Source: a virus (lineage: Duplodnaviria; Caudoviricetes). Taken from it: 64,000 nt of DNA. The stretch lies in IMG/VR virus record IMGVR_UViG_3300032007_000010. One strand, 5' to 3'. The notes beneath the pieces were generated by a model. The model made no database searches and was not told the origin of the DNA. It saw only the letters and a program-made list of their open reading frames with translations. Positions 37,239 to 47,706 of the stretch are shown in pieces; position 1 is the stretch's first letter; the number at the start of each line of letters is the position of its first letter. The translations under genes and the position numbers were made by a program.

Positions 37239-39212
37239 ATGCTCGTTTTGTCTTCCGAGAATAGCTCCTATCTGTTTTCGCAGATGAGCGTCAAGGTAAC
37301 CGACAACACCGTCGTGCCTGACGAAGAAACGACTTCCTACACCCAGGTTCCCAACTTCTGCCTTCTCGTGCCGACGGTGCAGGACGCTGGTCCCACTAAC
37401 CAGATGGACCTGTACTATCCCGATGAGCTTGTGCGTTATCAGAAGACCTACGGCAAGCCCAACTGCACGAAGTATGGCTTCGGCCCGGATCTGATCAATG
37501 ATTTGCTTCAGATGAATCTGAACGACATCGGTATCTGGACTGTGAACCTCCGCGATGAGAATGCGCGCAAGGCTAACGCGGTCGTGCTCATGAAATATCG
37601 CGTTGCCGAGAACGAGGCGTACACCGACGCCGATGGTAACCAGTACTACTACGATGAGAATGGTCAGCTCACCACCGAGGAAACAACCGGCGGCAAGGCC
37701 AACACCCCGATCATCCGGGATGTCATGCATGTCAAGTTCTCCACCGCCACAGTGGCGGGCACCGTCAATGCCGATGGCACCGTCAGTGGCGGCATCACCA
37801 AGTGGACCGATCTCATCACCGCCATGAACAACATGGCCACCGAAACTCCCGACGACGATGGCTACAAGACCATTCCGGTCTTTGCGGTCATGTACAACGG
37901 CGCATCCACCTTCGGCAACAACACCTACATGAACCTTGTCCCGAAGATGGCTGAGTACGATGGCAACATGTACTACGACATCACCGCCTTCGATGGTATC
38001 AACACGTCCACTGCTTCTATGCTGTCCCTGGACATCAACAGCGGGGCTGTTTATAATACCACCTACTTCATGGAGACACTCTTTAACAATCAGTTCAAGA
38101 ATCTCCACATGGTGGCGTTCGACGGTATCGAAGAGCTCTATGAGCTTGTCAATAAGTACATGTACACGCTCAACGATTACATCGTTGCGCCGATCGATGA
38201 GGCGACTGGCAAGCGTGTGATCACTCCGTCCAAGAGCTTCACGCAGGTCGACATCTTCAATGCGGCCGAGTTCGCATTCACCGTCGACGAGGGCAGCCTC
38301 AACGTCAAGGCCACCGCCGGCATCAAGCTCGCGAGCGGCACCGATGGCAAGAAGACTCGCGACGAGCTCTTCGCCGACTTCTTCAACGCCAAGATTGTCG
38401 AGGATGTCAACAGCGTCCTTCGCTATCAGTTCAACTATGTGCCGTCGCTCGGCTACGATGCCAACACGAAGCTCTCCATCGTCGAGTTCATCAAGAACCG
38501 CAACAACTTCACCGTCGGCATGCTCGAGATGGGTTCCACCACCGGCACCTTCGAAAGTGCTATCGTGGATCGTCAGGCTAACTTCTACGAAGACATGCCC
38601 GATATCCACATGATCGCCGCTTGCCAGGGCGCGATGATGTTCAACCCCTACATCCGTCGCACGGTTCAGTATCCGGTCGGTTATCTGGATACCATTGCGC
38701 TGATCCGCAACATCCAGGGCTACGGCAATCCGTATAATCCGGGCGCCGGCGCTGACTTCCGCATTACCGGCTACATCGAGGATACCATGAAGTATGCCCC
38801 CGAGAAGGTGGATCTGGCGAATTCTCTCCAGAAGAACCGCATCAACGTCTACATGAAGGACAACCGCGAGGGCGGCTACAAGTCCGATCAGCTCATGAAC
38901 ACGCTGCTGCTCTCGGATCGCACCGAGCTCAACAACTCCTTCATCATCAGTTCGATGCTCTATGACCTGCTCTATCTGGTTCACGTGAATCACTTCAAGT
39001 TCAATGAGGCCGCCGAGGTTCGTCGCTTCAACACCAACGTCGACGAGACGATCAACAAGAAGTATGCCGAATTCTCCGCGTCCATGAGCTGCGAGGTCTA
39101 TCGTGCCGGCACCAGTGGTCGTGCGCGCTATCGGAACAAGATCAAGGTCACCGTTGATCTCAAGGATATCAACAAACAGACCGACGTCGAGATTGTTCTC
39201 GAGGATAACTAA
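37239..39212 (+). CDS. Probable tail sheath protein
   Basis: 657 aa, high-expression codons, YGKPN..KYG N-terminal motif, LASGTDG, C-terminal L...RIN...SDRTELNN and terminal beta strands; precedes a tube-like gene. Confidence 0.75.
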   Translation: MLVLSSENSSYLFSQMSVKVTDNTVVPDEETTSYTQVPNFCLLVPTVQDAGPTNQMDLYYPDELVRYQKTYGKPNCTKYGFGPDLINDLLQMNLNDIGIWTVNLRDENARKANAVVLMKYRVAENEAYTDADGNQYYYDENGQLTTEETTGGKANTPIIRDVMHVKFSTATVAGTVNADGTVSGGITKWTDLITAMNNMATETPDDDGYKTIPVFAVMYNGASTFGNNTYMNLVPKMAEYDGNMYYDITAFDGINTSTASMLSLDINSGAVYNTTYFMETLFNNQFKNLHMVAFDGIEELYELVNKYMYTLNDYIVAPIDEATGKRVITPSKSFTQVDIFNAAEFAFTVDEGSLNVKATAGIKLASGTDGKKTRDELFADFFNAKIVEDVNSVLRYQFNYVPSLGYDANTKLSIVEFIKNRNNFTVGMLEMGSTTGTFESAIVDRQANFYEDMPDIHMIAACQGAMMFNPYIRRTVQYPVGYLDTIALIRNIQGYGNPYNPGAGADFRITGYIEDTMKYAPEKVDLANSLQKNRINVYMKDNREGGYKSDQLMNTLLLSDRTELNNSFIISSMLYDLLYLVHVNHFKFNEAAEVRRFNTNVDETINKKYAEFSASMSCEVYRAGTSGRARYRNKIKVTVDLKDINKQTDVEIVLEDN

Positions 39213-39230
39213 GAAAGGAGGACATGACAT

Positions 39231-40211
39231 ATGGCAACAAGAGAAATTGGCCCCAATCCCAATCCGCTCTATACCACCAATGAAGATGGGAAGCTGAAGT
39301 GGGGCGATCGTATTCAGCAGTCCACGATCTATGATGCTGAGTCTCAGCTCATCCGTGGCACCATGTCCTTCTCGAAGGATAAGCTCCAGGAACTCGATCC
39401 CTCCTACACGGGCTACACGCACGTTTTCGTTCTACGTCTTCCCGAGTTCATGACCGCCATCGCAGATGGTCGTCTCATGGAGGGCTACGACGGCTACAAG
39501 ACCGGCAAGGATGACAGTGACAAGCTCTCTGCCACCTCTCCGGTAGCCATCGCCCGTGCGCATTGCCGCAACCTCAAGACCCTCTTCGAGCTCGGCTCCA
39601 CCTCCTACAGTGGTACGCCCGATCTCCAGATGCAGGTTTCCCAGGTTGCGACCGGCTTCAACGAGCGCAACTATCCCGCGCCCACCACCGCGGCCTATGA
39701 CAGCACTTCTTTCACGCTGCGCTGCCTCGAAACCCGTGGTGAGCCCCTGCGCCGCGCTCTCGAGTACTACGTCAACGGTGTTACGGATGCCAACGTCAAG
39801 GCCACCATGCTCCACGGTGCCCTCAACGCGGACAAGACCGCGCCGATGGATCCCACGCTGGCGAACTATACGTTCTCTATCATGGTGGTCCAGACTGACC
39901 AGACGAACCTGCGCATCCAGGATATCTCGGTCTGGCCCATGGCGATCGTCACCAATGTCGAGCGTTCCAACTACCTCGACTGGACCAACGGCGAGATCGA
40001 TATCGTGCAGCCGCAGGATGTTCAGTTCTCTGGCGTCTATCTGCCCGATTCGAACAACGAGTACATCACCGCCAAGGCGATGAAGCTCCTCGGTCGTCGC
40101 ATGCGTCTCTATCGCCGCTTCAAGGATTTGACCGCCGATCAGATCGGCATCGATTCCTGGCAGGATGGTGGCGAGTTCGGCTATAATGGTTCGAGCGCCA
40201 CGAGCGACTAA
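39231..40211 (+). CDS. Probable tail tube protein
   Basis: Follows sheath; FTL.C.E..G.P...A..Y...GV.D pattern of jumbo-phage tube proteins; strong terminator follows. Confidence 0.65.
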   Translation: MATREIGPNPNPLYTTNEDGKLKWGDRIQQSTIYDAESQLIRGTMSFSKDKLQELDPSYTGYTHVFVLRLPEFMTAIADGRLMEGYDGYKTGKDDSDKLSATSPVAIARAHCRNLKTLFELGSTSYSGTPDLQMQVSQVATGFNERNYPAPTTAAYDSTSFTLRCLETRGEPLRRALEYYVNGVTDANVKATMLHGALNADKTAPMDPTLANYTFSIMVVQTDQTNLRIQDISVWPMAIVTNVERSNYLDWTNGEIDIVQPQDVQFSGVYLPDSNNEYITAKAMKLLGRRMRLYRRFKDLTADQIGIDSWQDGGEFGYNGSSATSD

Positions 40212-40226
40212 TCTCAGCACAATGAT

Positions 40227-40258
40227 GAAACCCCGGGGCTTCGGCTCCGGGGTTTTTC
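40227..40258 (+). terminator. Terminator
   Basis: GAAACCCCGGGGC-TTCG-GCTCCGGGGTTTT. Confidence 0.8.
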
Positions 40259-40275
40259 ATTTTATAATTCGTGCT

Positions 40276-40286
40276 ACATGACTATA
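40276..40286 (+). promoter_or_regulatory. Class L promoter
   Basis: ACA-TGAC-TATA. Confidence 0.65.
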
Positions 40287-40318
40287 ATTTCACCAGGTTC
40301 AAAGGAGGAAATAATCTC

Positions 40319-40633
40319 ATGACCATCGAAGAACATGCCAAAGCTGTTACCGTACCGGGCACGGTGGTGTTCCATTTCAAGCGTATGCTCTGCACCGACG
40401 AAGAGCTCGCCCGCGAACCAAACATGTATCTCTATCAGGTCATTGGTGTCACAGAACACACCGAAACCAAGGAGCGTCTTGTGACCTATCGTGCGCTCTA
40501 TGGTGATCGTAAGATCTATGCGCGGCCGTACGATATGTTCGTGTCGCCGATCGATCGCGAGCGATACCCCGATTATGATGGAACGCTATACCGCCTGGAT
40601 GTCTGGAATGGGTCTGTGTTTGAAAACAATTAA
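40319..40633 (+). CDS. DUF1653 family protein
   Basis: HFK...YQVIG..EHTET.E.LV.YRALYG...YARP..MF. Confidence 0.85.
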   Translation: MTIEEHAKAVTVPGTVVFHFKRMLCTDEELAREPNMYLYQVIGVTEHTETKERLVTYRALYGDRKIYARPYDMFVSPIDRERYPDYDGTLYRLDVWNGSVFENN

Positions 40634-40639
40634 CGAAAG

Positions 40640-41035
40640 GTGGATACTATTACCATGGAACAGATTAAGAAGAAACCGGCCGAGGAAGAAATGCCATTTG
40701 CGGTCGCAAACATACTAATATCATATGTTAACGGGTTCTACGATCTCAATCAGGCCAACGTTGCTCTCAAAGCTTGTGGAGCAAGTTTCCGGATCATCGA
40801 GGGCGAGAACTCTCTTAGCCAGGAAGAGAAGGATGAGGTCTCAATCGCCGGAGGCCCAGATACCGTCACCGGCTGGGGACTTGTGGAAAGCTCAGACGGG
40901 AAGCTTCGCAAAGTTTTCTGCGAAAACGGAACCCTGCGCGACTTTGCATCGCCGATGAATTCTCCGGTTGTCTCATATTTTCTCATTGCGAACCGCATCT
41001 ATCGTGTGCAGGGAGACCTGATTGCTAACCTGTGA
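40640..41035 (+). CDS. Hypothetical protein
   Basis: ORF packed in operon; start may be ATG 40655. Confidence 0.65.
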   Translation: MDTITMEQIKKKPAEEEMPFAVANILISYVNGFYDLNQANVALKACGASFRIIEGENSLSQEEKDEVSIAGGPDTVTGWGLVESSDGKLRKVFCENGTLRDFASPMNSPVVSYFLIANRIYRVQGDLIANL

Positions 41036-41041
41036 TCAAAT

Positions 41042-41051
41042 ATATATCATA
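41042..41051 (+). promoter_or_regulatory. Class E promoter
   Basis: ATATATCATA, followed by hairpin 41057-41088. Confidence 0.6.
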
Positions 41052-41115
41052 ATTAAGAACGGGAGATCCTTTGGGGTCTCCCGTTTTTCATTTTTAACGA
41101 AAGGAATGAGCTATC

Positions 41116-42399
41116 ATGAAAATTTATATGCATGACAGGATGGCGCACGCGTACGTATCCCGAGGCAATCTTATGGATGATTGTCGTTATGCACATATTC
41201 GACATCCGCAAGATTCGATTAAAGAATACGAGCTCAAATGTTCGCCGGAAGAGGAATCGGATCTGCTTTCTCGCATCGAAGCATGTAGGGACGCGGACGA
41301 AGGACGCTGGATAGGTGAGTATAAACCGGAACTCTTCATCCAAATCTACCCCGATCACTGTGCAGATGCGCTCTTCGGGGCACCGCCAAAGGGGACAACG
41401 TTTTCTCTTACCGATACAGGAGGAGAAGCAGTATCACTCAATCTGTTGACGTATCCCGGAATGCCGGAGGATGCCATCATTAAGAATTCGATGATTTTCA
41501 AGAATGATCGAGGATATTATATCCGTGAAATAGTCAATCCGAATTATGATGGACATGGGGACGGCAAGCTACTATTTCTTGATCGTTCCTATCATGGACA
41601 GATCTTGGTACTAGCGCCTGTCGATGTGAAAGTTACGGCAGACAAGGGAAACTACGGATTTTTCATTCCGCAATTTCCTGACCTGTCCTATGACAATCTT
41701 CCTGCAATTCTCGATTATCTCTGGGAAAGGGATATTGATACATCAACGATGATCAAGAAGATCGAGTCTCCGATTTTGGGAACGTTCTATATTTGGAATG
41801 ATCCAGAAGTTGGAAGCTATTCCAGCACCTATCGCATTTTTGTGGAGGGAGAAGATGGTAAAGCGGTTTCTCAGTTCATACTTCTTCTGGACTATGCCAC
41901 CGTCGGAGAGCATTTGGCCAGTTGCTGCGTCTGGGAGAAGAGTTTCGGCGAATTGTTGCTGGAGGATATGTATCTGGATGACTTGGGTCTCAAAGACGGT
42001 TCGGTGTTGGAAGCAATAGAAAAGCAATTTCATCACTGCAAATTCCTGCACGAGCGTCGCAACGATTCCGGTACCAGTTCTCTTGATATATTCCGGAAAT
42101 ATTATCCGAATGAATCGCACAGAATTCTCGGAGCTTACTGGAAAAAGGATATGGACAAGCGGTTTGGCATTCGTTTTCTTGATGAAGCTATCGTTGATGG
42201 GGCCATCGTTCCGTATGAATGCATTCCTGAGGGGACCGTCGCATTCGGTTTTGAACCGGAGAATTTCACCGCATTCATTCATATTGGAAGGGATGAATTT
42301 TTTAAGCTCATCGGCTATGTTTCTGAGGTAAATGAAAATGCGGAGGAGAATATCCAAAGCAAGATCGATGCGGGTAAAATCAAATTGGCTAAGATCTAA
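41116..42399 (+). CDS. Hypothetical protein (lower GC)
   Basis: 427-aa ORF with AAAGGA RBS. Confidence 0.7.
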   Translation: MKIYMHDRMAHAYVSRGNLMDDCRYAHIRHPQDSIKEYELKCSPEEESDLLSRIEACRDADEGRWIGEYKPELFIQIYPDHCADALFGAPPKGTTFSLTDTGGEAVSLNLLTYPGMPEDAIIKNSMIFKNDRGYYIREIVNPNYDGHGDGKLLFLDRSYHGQILVLAPVDVKVTADKGNYGFFIPQFPDLSYDNLPAILDYLWERDIDTSTMIKKIESPILGTFYIWNDPEVGSYSSTYRIFVEGEDGKAVSQFILLLDYATVGEHLASCCVWEKSFGELLLEDMYLDDLGLKDGSVLEAIEKQFHHCKFLHERRNDSGTSSLDIFRKYYPNESHRILGAYWKKDMDKRFGIRFLDEAIVDGAIVPYECIPEGTVAFGFEPENFTAFIHIGRDEFFKLIGYVSEVNENAEENIQSKIDAGKIKLAKI

Positions 42400-42420
42400 T
42401 CTAATATGGGAGGATAAAAT

Positions 42421-43185
42421 ATGAATGACAAAAGGCCGATTGCCTCTCAGTTTGTGCTGAAACTTCTACCAAAACTATACTCACAGCTTGGTGAGGATGA
42501 TCCGTGCAACTGGTCTATGGTTGGACCCGGCAAAGCGAACAATAACATCAATTATATTTCCATCTCTGGACTTGGATACCCTGGAGAATTTCGTTATATC
42601 CCAAGCGATCAGGCAACCAGTCTTTTCTTACGTAATTCGCTCGATCATTTCGATCCTGCTGATTATGTGATAAACAGGCGTGAATACGAGGATCTCTGGA
42701 AGACCAAACGAGGCTTCCACCTCACCGACGAAGCGATTACACGCACATCGCTCGATGGCAACTCGGTACTCAGTATCGGCATTGAGGAATATGACAGCGA
42801 AGATACCAACGACCGCGAAGCTGTCATGGTGTTGATGCCAAACGAAGATAGCAACTTCATAACCTCGCTAAGTCGGCGATATTTCAAAGCCATGTGCAAC
42901 CGAAATCATGCATTACCAATGGATGATTATGGTGAGATTGATACTGGTGGTAATGTGATGTTTGAGCATATCATCGTAAACCCAGACAGATCCATTATTC
43001 GAGGTCGAGATCAATATTGTAATCATATCGAATTTTGGTATCAGGTCAGCAAGCTTATCGATGCCGGTGCTCGCTATCTTGTGACGCAGTATGCACTGCC
43101 GAGCGACATCTATGAGAAGACCGAACGCTACATCGTATGGTTGCTTCACAGAGACTATCCGCTCAGAGAGGAAGATTTTGCATGA
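42421..43185 (+). CDS. Hypothetical protein
   Basis: GGAGG RBS. Confidence 0.7.
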   Translation: MNDKRPIASQFVLKLLPKLYSQLGEDDPCNWSMVGPGKANNNINYISISGLGYPGEFRYIPSDQATSLFLRNSLDHFDPADYVINRREYEDLWKTKRGFHLTDEAITRTSLDGNSVLSIGIEEYDSEDTNDREAVMVLMPNEDSNFITSLSRRYFKAMCNRNHALPMDDYGEIDTGGNVMFEHIIVNPDRSIIRGRDQYCNHIEFWYQVSKLIDAGARYLVTQYALPSDIYEKTERYIVWLLHRDYPLREEDFA

Positions 43186-43646
43186 TAACAGTATACGATC
43201 TTGTGGATCTCATGAACCATGGTGCAGGCGGCGATGGGAAAGGGGTCATCTATGTCGAAGATGATAGTTCCACCGACGATGATCCCATCATCGATCTTGA
43301 CCTGCTCAAGAACGATGAACTTCAGACCGTGATGGATCATCCGGTTCATCGGATCGAGATCGTGAAGGATCCGGACAACAAACTAGCGATACTCTATCAC
43401 ATTGATCTGCATGATGAGTGTCCACATCCCGGAATCAGCGAACCCATATCGATCATGGAGTATCTTGCTCTGATCGACCCATCCACCAACATTGTCATCG
43501 AAGATTTCTTTAACACCGATGAATATCTGGAGCACTTCCTGATCCACTACGCAGAAAATAAGACCGGCACATTTCCGATCATGCGCATACGCACGTCGAT
43601 GAAATCCGTGCGCGTTCGCATTCCGGATTTTAGCGAGGAGGAATGA
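43182..43646 (+). CDS. Hypothetical protein
   Basis: ATGA overlap, GAGG RBS. Confidence 0.65.
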   Translation: MITVYDLVDLMNHGAGGDGKGVIYVEDDSSTDDDPIIDLDLLKNDELQTVMDHPVHRIEIVKDPDNKLAILYHIDLHDECPHPGISEPISIMEYLALIDPSTNIVIEDFFNTDEYLEHFLIHYAENKTGTFPIMRIRTSMKSVRVRIPDFSEEE

Positions 43647-43650
43647 ACGA

Positions 43651-44184
43651 ATGGACAAACGCATCGCAATCTATCCAGGAACCTTCGACCCATTCCACAA
43701 TGGGCACCTGGACATCGTTCGAAGGGCGGCAAGACTCTTTGATAAGGTCATCATCGTCATGGCCGATAATTCGGCAAAGAAGGAAAGACGCTGGCCAGCA
43801 GGGCTCATGGAAGAGGCCATCGCAGAAACCATAGATGCAGAGATCGATGCATTTTCTGAAATGAACAGAGTTTTCGTGTTGTCATCGAGGGGTATGACAA
43901 CTGCGCAGTTTGCGATCACGCATGATGCGTGCGCCATCATCCGCGGAATTCGCACCGCCAGTGATCTAGACTATGAAAATGCGGTATGTCAGGGAAATAA
44001 GATGTTATATCCCGGGAATGCTGACAAGCTAGAGCACGTGTATCTGTTATCCGATGGAAGTATGACATATCTGTCCTCATCGTTTGTTCGAGAAATGGTG
44101 AGACCGGACATCCCTCTACAGGTCCTCGATAAAATGGTTCCCAGACCGGTATATGAACTTATCGCCAGAGAGGAGTATGGCTGA
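43651..44184 (+). CDS. coaD: Phosphopantetheine adenylyltransferase
   Basis: IAIYPGTFDPFHNGHLDIV.RA..LFDKV, IIRGIR..SD.DYE, LSSS.VRE. Confidence 0.85.
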   Translation: MDKRIAIYPGTFDPFHNGHLDIVRRAARLFDKVIIVMADNSAKKERRWPAGLMEEAIAETIDAEIDAFSEMNRVFVLSSRGMTTAQFAITHDACAIIRGIRTASDLDYENAVCQGNKMLYPGNADKLEHVYLLSDGSMTYLSSSFVREMVRPDIPLQVLDKMVPRPVYELIAREEYG

Positions 44185-44561
44185 TGAATCATGATATCTT
44201 TGTGTTGCTATGCATGATATTCCTTCATATTCTCGATGACTTCCATCTGCAGGGAATCCTTGCCAAGATGAAGCAGCGTGAGTGGTGGAAACGGCAGGAA
44301 GGATACGACGAGATGTATGCACATGACTGGATTCCGGCTCTCGTGCTTCATTCTTTTAGCTGGACCTTCATGATCATGCTTCCGCTGGCCATGAACAGCG
44401 GCGAACCGATCGACATGGAATTCCTTGGCATCTTCATTGGAAACATGATCGTGCATGCGATCGTTGATCATTGCAAAGCAAATCGCAGAACAATTCCACT
44501 CACGGTTGACCAGAGCATCCACATTGTGCAGATCATCGCAACGTACGTCGCGCTAATTTGA
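44184..44561 (+). CDS. DUF3307 membrane protein
   Basis: H..DDF.LQ....MK, LH, H..VD..K, DQS.H pattern with hydrophobic helices. Confidence 0.8.
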   Translation: MNHDIFVLLCMIFLHILDDFHLQGILAKMKQREWWKRQEGYDEMYAHDWIPALVLHSFSWTFMIMLPLAMNSGEPIDMEFLGIFIGNMIVHAIVDHCKANRRTIPLTVDQSIHIVQIIATYVALI

Positions 44562-44737
44562 TAACTGCGCATATCCATGTGTTGTTCAAATTGATTTCTC
44601 AGGGGCCATTATAGTGCCCCTGAGAATCTTTTTGTTTGCAATTTGACTCTTTTTATACCATTACCGCGACTCTATTCGACCAGCATAGAAAATATGACAA
44701 AACATCCGGATTAGAGGCTCCAAGTTGTCGAGGTTTG

Positions 44738-44748
44738 ACATTCATATA
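44738..44748 (+). promoter_or_regulatory. Class L promoter
   Basis: ACA-TTCA-TATA. Confidence 0.7.
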
Positions 44749-44786
44749 TAACAGTAACCTTATCCCTGAAAGAGGTGAATGTGCAT

Positions 44787-47006
44787 ATGAAACAATACAA
44801 CTATCAAACTGCCGAAACCTACTATCTTGATCTCGATACGAAAAATGTTTCGGCACTCAAGATGGCTGTCTTGCTCGACAGCCTTGGTGTTTCGAATTTC
44901 TTTTTCCTCGCAGTCAACAACAAGAAACTTCTCACGAAGAACGGAATTGATCCCTATGATCCGGATCTATCTCGCGAAGAGCAGTACATGGTTTTCCGTG
45001 AGTGTGCGGAAAACCGCTGGTATTTCTTCCGAGAGGTGTTCCGCGTGTCCGAGGCCGGTGCCAGCACAGAGGTTGGCGGCGGTACACAGTTCCAGTTCAA
45101 CCGAGGAAATCTCGCATATCTCTGGGCCAACAGTCTAAATTTGTCAACCTACCTCATCATGCCTCGACAGACCGGTAAGACCTGGGCGGCCATCGCCGAT
45201 TGTACCTGGAATCATCAGTTCATTCGTGGATCCAACATTCTGCACTTCAACAAGAATCAGTCGGATGCGAACATGAACCTGCGACGCGTTCGCGATGCGA
45301 TCCAGATGCTTCCGCTCTACATGCAGCATTCCAATCCGGATCTCATCGATCCCTCCGAAAAGCGCAGAATCAAGAACAACGAAAAGACGATTCGCAACAC
45401 GATCAATGCCACCATCGAGGCCATGAGCTCCGCCGGCAACGAGGCAAAGGCAGACTCCATGGCTCGTGGTAAAACTGCGGCGAAGATTTGGTGGGATGAG
45501 ATTGCATTCATATTCTTCAACGAAGCCATGTACGGTGCATCCACGCCTGCCTACGAAAAGGCACGCGAGATCGCCGAAAAGAATGGTATCCCGTACGGCA
45601 TCAGCATCACAACGACGCCCGGTGACCTGGCCACGCCACACGGTGAGTTTGCGCACCGCATGATGGAGTCGGCGATCCCATTCCAGGAAGAGATGTATGA
45701 CTGGAAACGCAAGAAGCTCTACGACATCATCTACAACACACCGGATAAGACCGGCTTCATCTTCATCCAGTTCAGTCATCTGCAGCTCGGCGAAACCGAT
45801 GATTGGTATCTCGAACGCGCGAAGAAGATGGCCAATCCGATCAAGGCGCGTCGTGAGTATCTGCTCGAATGGATCAACTCCAATGGCAATTCACCCTTCG
45901 ATCCGGACGACATCGAGGTCATCGGAGATCTTGCGGGCCAGCGCAAGCTTGGCGTGGAGATCCTCAAGATTAACAAATATTTCAATCTCATGGTGTATTC
46001 CGAGTACCATGGCAAGAAGCCGGTGCTGATCGGCGTCGACGTTTCCGGAGGTCTCGGCCGCGATAGCTCGGCCATCACGGTCATCAACCCCGAGAATCTT
46101 CTGCCCATGGCATTCTTCAGATCGAACATGATCCCTTCGGATCAGCTCAAGAAACTCATCGTGACACTGGTGACAAAGCGCTATCCGAACTGCGTGCTCA
46201 CGATCGAAAATAACTCGGTCGGCACACCGCTCATCAACGAACTTCGCGATACGCCGGTCGGACGCGTGCTCTATCGCGAGCGCAAAAAGAAAGAGATCGA
46301 TCAGGGACCCAACAACGCGACCAAGAAGCGTGTGCGTGATGTGGTCGAATATGGTCACAACACCAACACCACGAGCCGTGCACAGATGATGGAGATGCTC
46401 GAAAGCATCGTGCACAACTCTCCGACACATGTTGGATTCCCAGAACTCTACGACGAGATTCGTTACATGGAACTCAGACACGGTCGCATCGACCACTCGT
46501 CCAGCACCCACGACGACTGCACCATGTCCTATCTCGGTGCTCTCTGGGTTGTGCGCTATGGCAAGGGTCTCAAAGGCAAGGGTATCTACTACAACATCAA
46601 CGAAGGTGACGATGATAGTTCTAGCCTCTACGACTACACAAGCACCCTCAACGCCGCAAAGCGTCTCGTCCTCGATCGTGACAATGCTCGTGGTGAGGAT
46701 GAGCTCGTCGCATGGATGCGCTCCGAACATCCGGTCTATGATGCTGGATCGCTCGGCGAGCGTGAACGTGCCGAGATGTACAAGGCGATGGATCGTGCCG
46801 ATGGCATCGACATCGAAGAGGAGAGTGCATTGGCCGCCATCGACGCCATCCCTGAGGATACGCAGAGATTGCTCCTTCGCAACTACTATGCCATGATCAA
46901 TGGCGGTTCCGATGGAGACGATTTCATGGATCAGCTCATGCAACCAAGCTGGTCTGGCCAGAATAATAATTCTGGCGGCAGCATCTACGATGCCTATAGC
47001 TGGTGA
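44787..47006 (+). CDS. terL: Terminase large subunit
   Basis: Walker A PRQTGKT, RG, Walker B IWWDEIAF, TTTPG motif C, RNase H-like IGVDVSGG..RDSS, IENNSVG, HDD. Confidence 0.93.
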   Translation: MKQYNYQTAETYYLDLDTKNVSALKMAVLLDSLGVSNFFFLAVNNKKLLTKNGIDPYDPDLSREEQYMVFRECAENRWYFFREVFRVSEAGASTEVGGGTQFQFNRGNLAYLWANSLNLSTYLIMPRQTGKTWAAIADCTWNHQFIRGSNILHFNKNQSDANMNLRRVRDAIQMLPLYMQHSNPDLIDPSEKRRIKNNEKTIRNTINATIEAMSSAGNEAKADSMARGKTAAKIWWDEIAFIFFNEAMYGASTPAYEKAREIAEKNGIPYGISITTTPGDLATPHGEFAHRMMESAIPFQEEMYDWKRKKLYDIIYNTPDKTGFIFIQFSHLQLGETDDWYLERAKKMANPIKARREYLLEWINSNGNSPFDPDDIEVIGDLAGQRKLGVEILKINKYFNLMVYSEYHGKKPVLIGVDVSGGLGRDSSAITVINPENLLPMAFFRSNMIPSDQLKKLIVTLVTKRYPNCVLTIENNSVGTPLINELRDTPVGRVLYRERKKKEIDQGPNNATKKRVRDVVEYGHNTNTTSRAQMMEMLESIVHNSPTHVGFPELYDEIRYMELRHGRIDHSSSTHDDCTMSYLGALWVVRYGKGLKGKGIYYNINEGDDDSSSLYDYTSTLNAAKRLVLDRDNARGEDELVAWMRSEHPVYDAGSLGERERAEMYKAMDRADGIDIEEESALAAIDAIPEDTQRLLLRNYYAMINGGSDGDDFMDQLMQPSWSGQNNNSGGSIYDAYSW

Positions 47007-47008
47007 TA

Positions 47009-47019
47009 ACAAAAATATA
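47009..47019 (+). promoter_or_regulatory. Class L promoter driving a small RNA
   Basis: ACA-AAAA-TATA right after the terminase stop. Confidence 0.6.
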
Positions 47020-47137
47020 ATGGGCTCATACTTGCTCGTGGGTTCATTCGCTCAACGTTTATTCTTGTTCGTTCAGTGTTTTTCTCCTTTGTAAAAGATG
47101 GTCCATCCCGGCTGGTCACCGGGATGGATCGTCTTGT
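47019..47137 (+). ncRNA. Putative small RNA with unpaired anti-SD (CUCCUUU) segment
   Basis: 5' hairpin 47019-28/47039-48 starts at predicted +1; pyrimidine-rich linker; 17-bp terminal hairpin 47095-47135. Confidence 0.5.
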
Positions 47138-47146
47138 CATAAAAAC

Positions 47147-47180
47147 AATATCCCCTCCCAATGTCGGGAGGGGATATTTT
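47147..47180. terminator. Bidirectional terminator
   Basis: AATATCCCCTCCC-aatgtc-GGGAGGGGATATT. Confidence 0.75.
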
Positions 47181-47188
47181 CGTTTTTA

Positions 47189-47695
47189 TCAATCACGAAG
47201 AGGGTTGATCATATTAGACTTTACTGCCTGTGAGAAAGTTTCATCGATGTATTTCTGAAAAAGCGCATCGGAATAAAGTGTATTTGAATTCTCTTTCGAC
47301 GGCAAGAATCTCTTCGCGGATGCATAGCAGAATGCCAACAGAGCGGTGCTTGTGTGTAAGGGATACATCGAGACTCTATCGATCGAATCGTCCGTGATTT
47401 TATAGGGTCTGTAGTCATTGCTAAAATCCCAGAAGAGCTGCGCAAGCAACGATGCATACCGAGTTTCATCAAAACCAAGCCGATCGGAGACAATCGTTGT
47501 GAGCTGTCTGATGTCATGGCAAAGCAGATTGCCGGTCTCCATATTCTCGTAGCGCCAGCGGTCTATCATGTCAGGTCTGAGGAATGATTTGTGACTAACA
47601 TTCCACGACACAAAACTGTCGAGACCGGCATCGGCCAGAATTTCGTCGAGAATTCGATAGCAGTATGCCCTCAGCGCAATGGTGTGATAATTCAT
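47189..47695 (-). CDS. Hypothetical protein
   Basis: GGAGGAG RBS. Confidence 0.7.
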   Translation of the reverse strand: MNYHTIALRAYCYRILDEILADAGLDSFVSWNVSHKSFLRPDMIDRWRYENMETGNLLCHDIRQLTTIVSDRLGFDETRYASLLAQLFWDFSNDYRPYKITDDSIDRVSMYPLHTSTALLAFCYASAKRFLPSKENSNTLYSDALFQKYIDETFSQAVKSNMINPLRD

Positions 47696-47706
47696 GTCTC
47701 TCCTCC

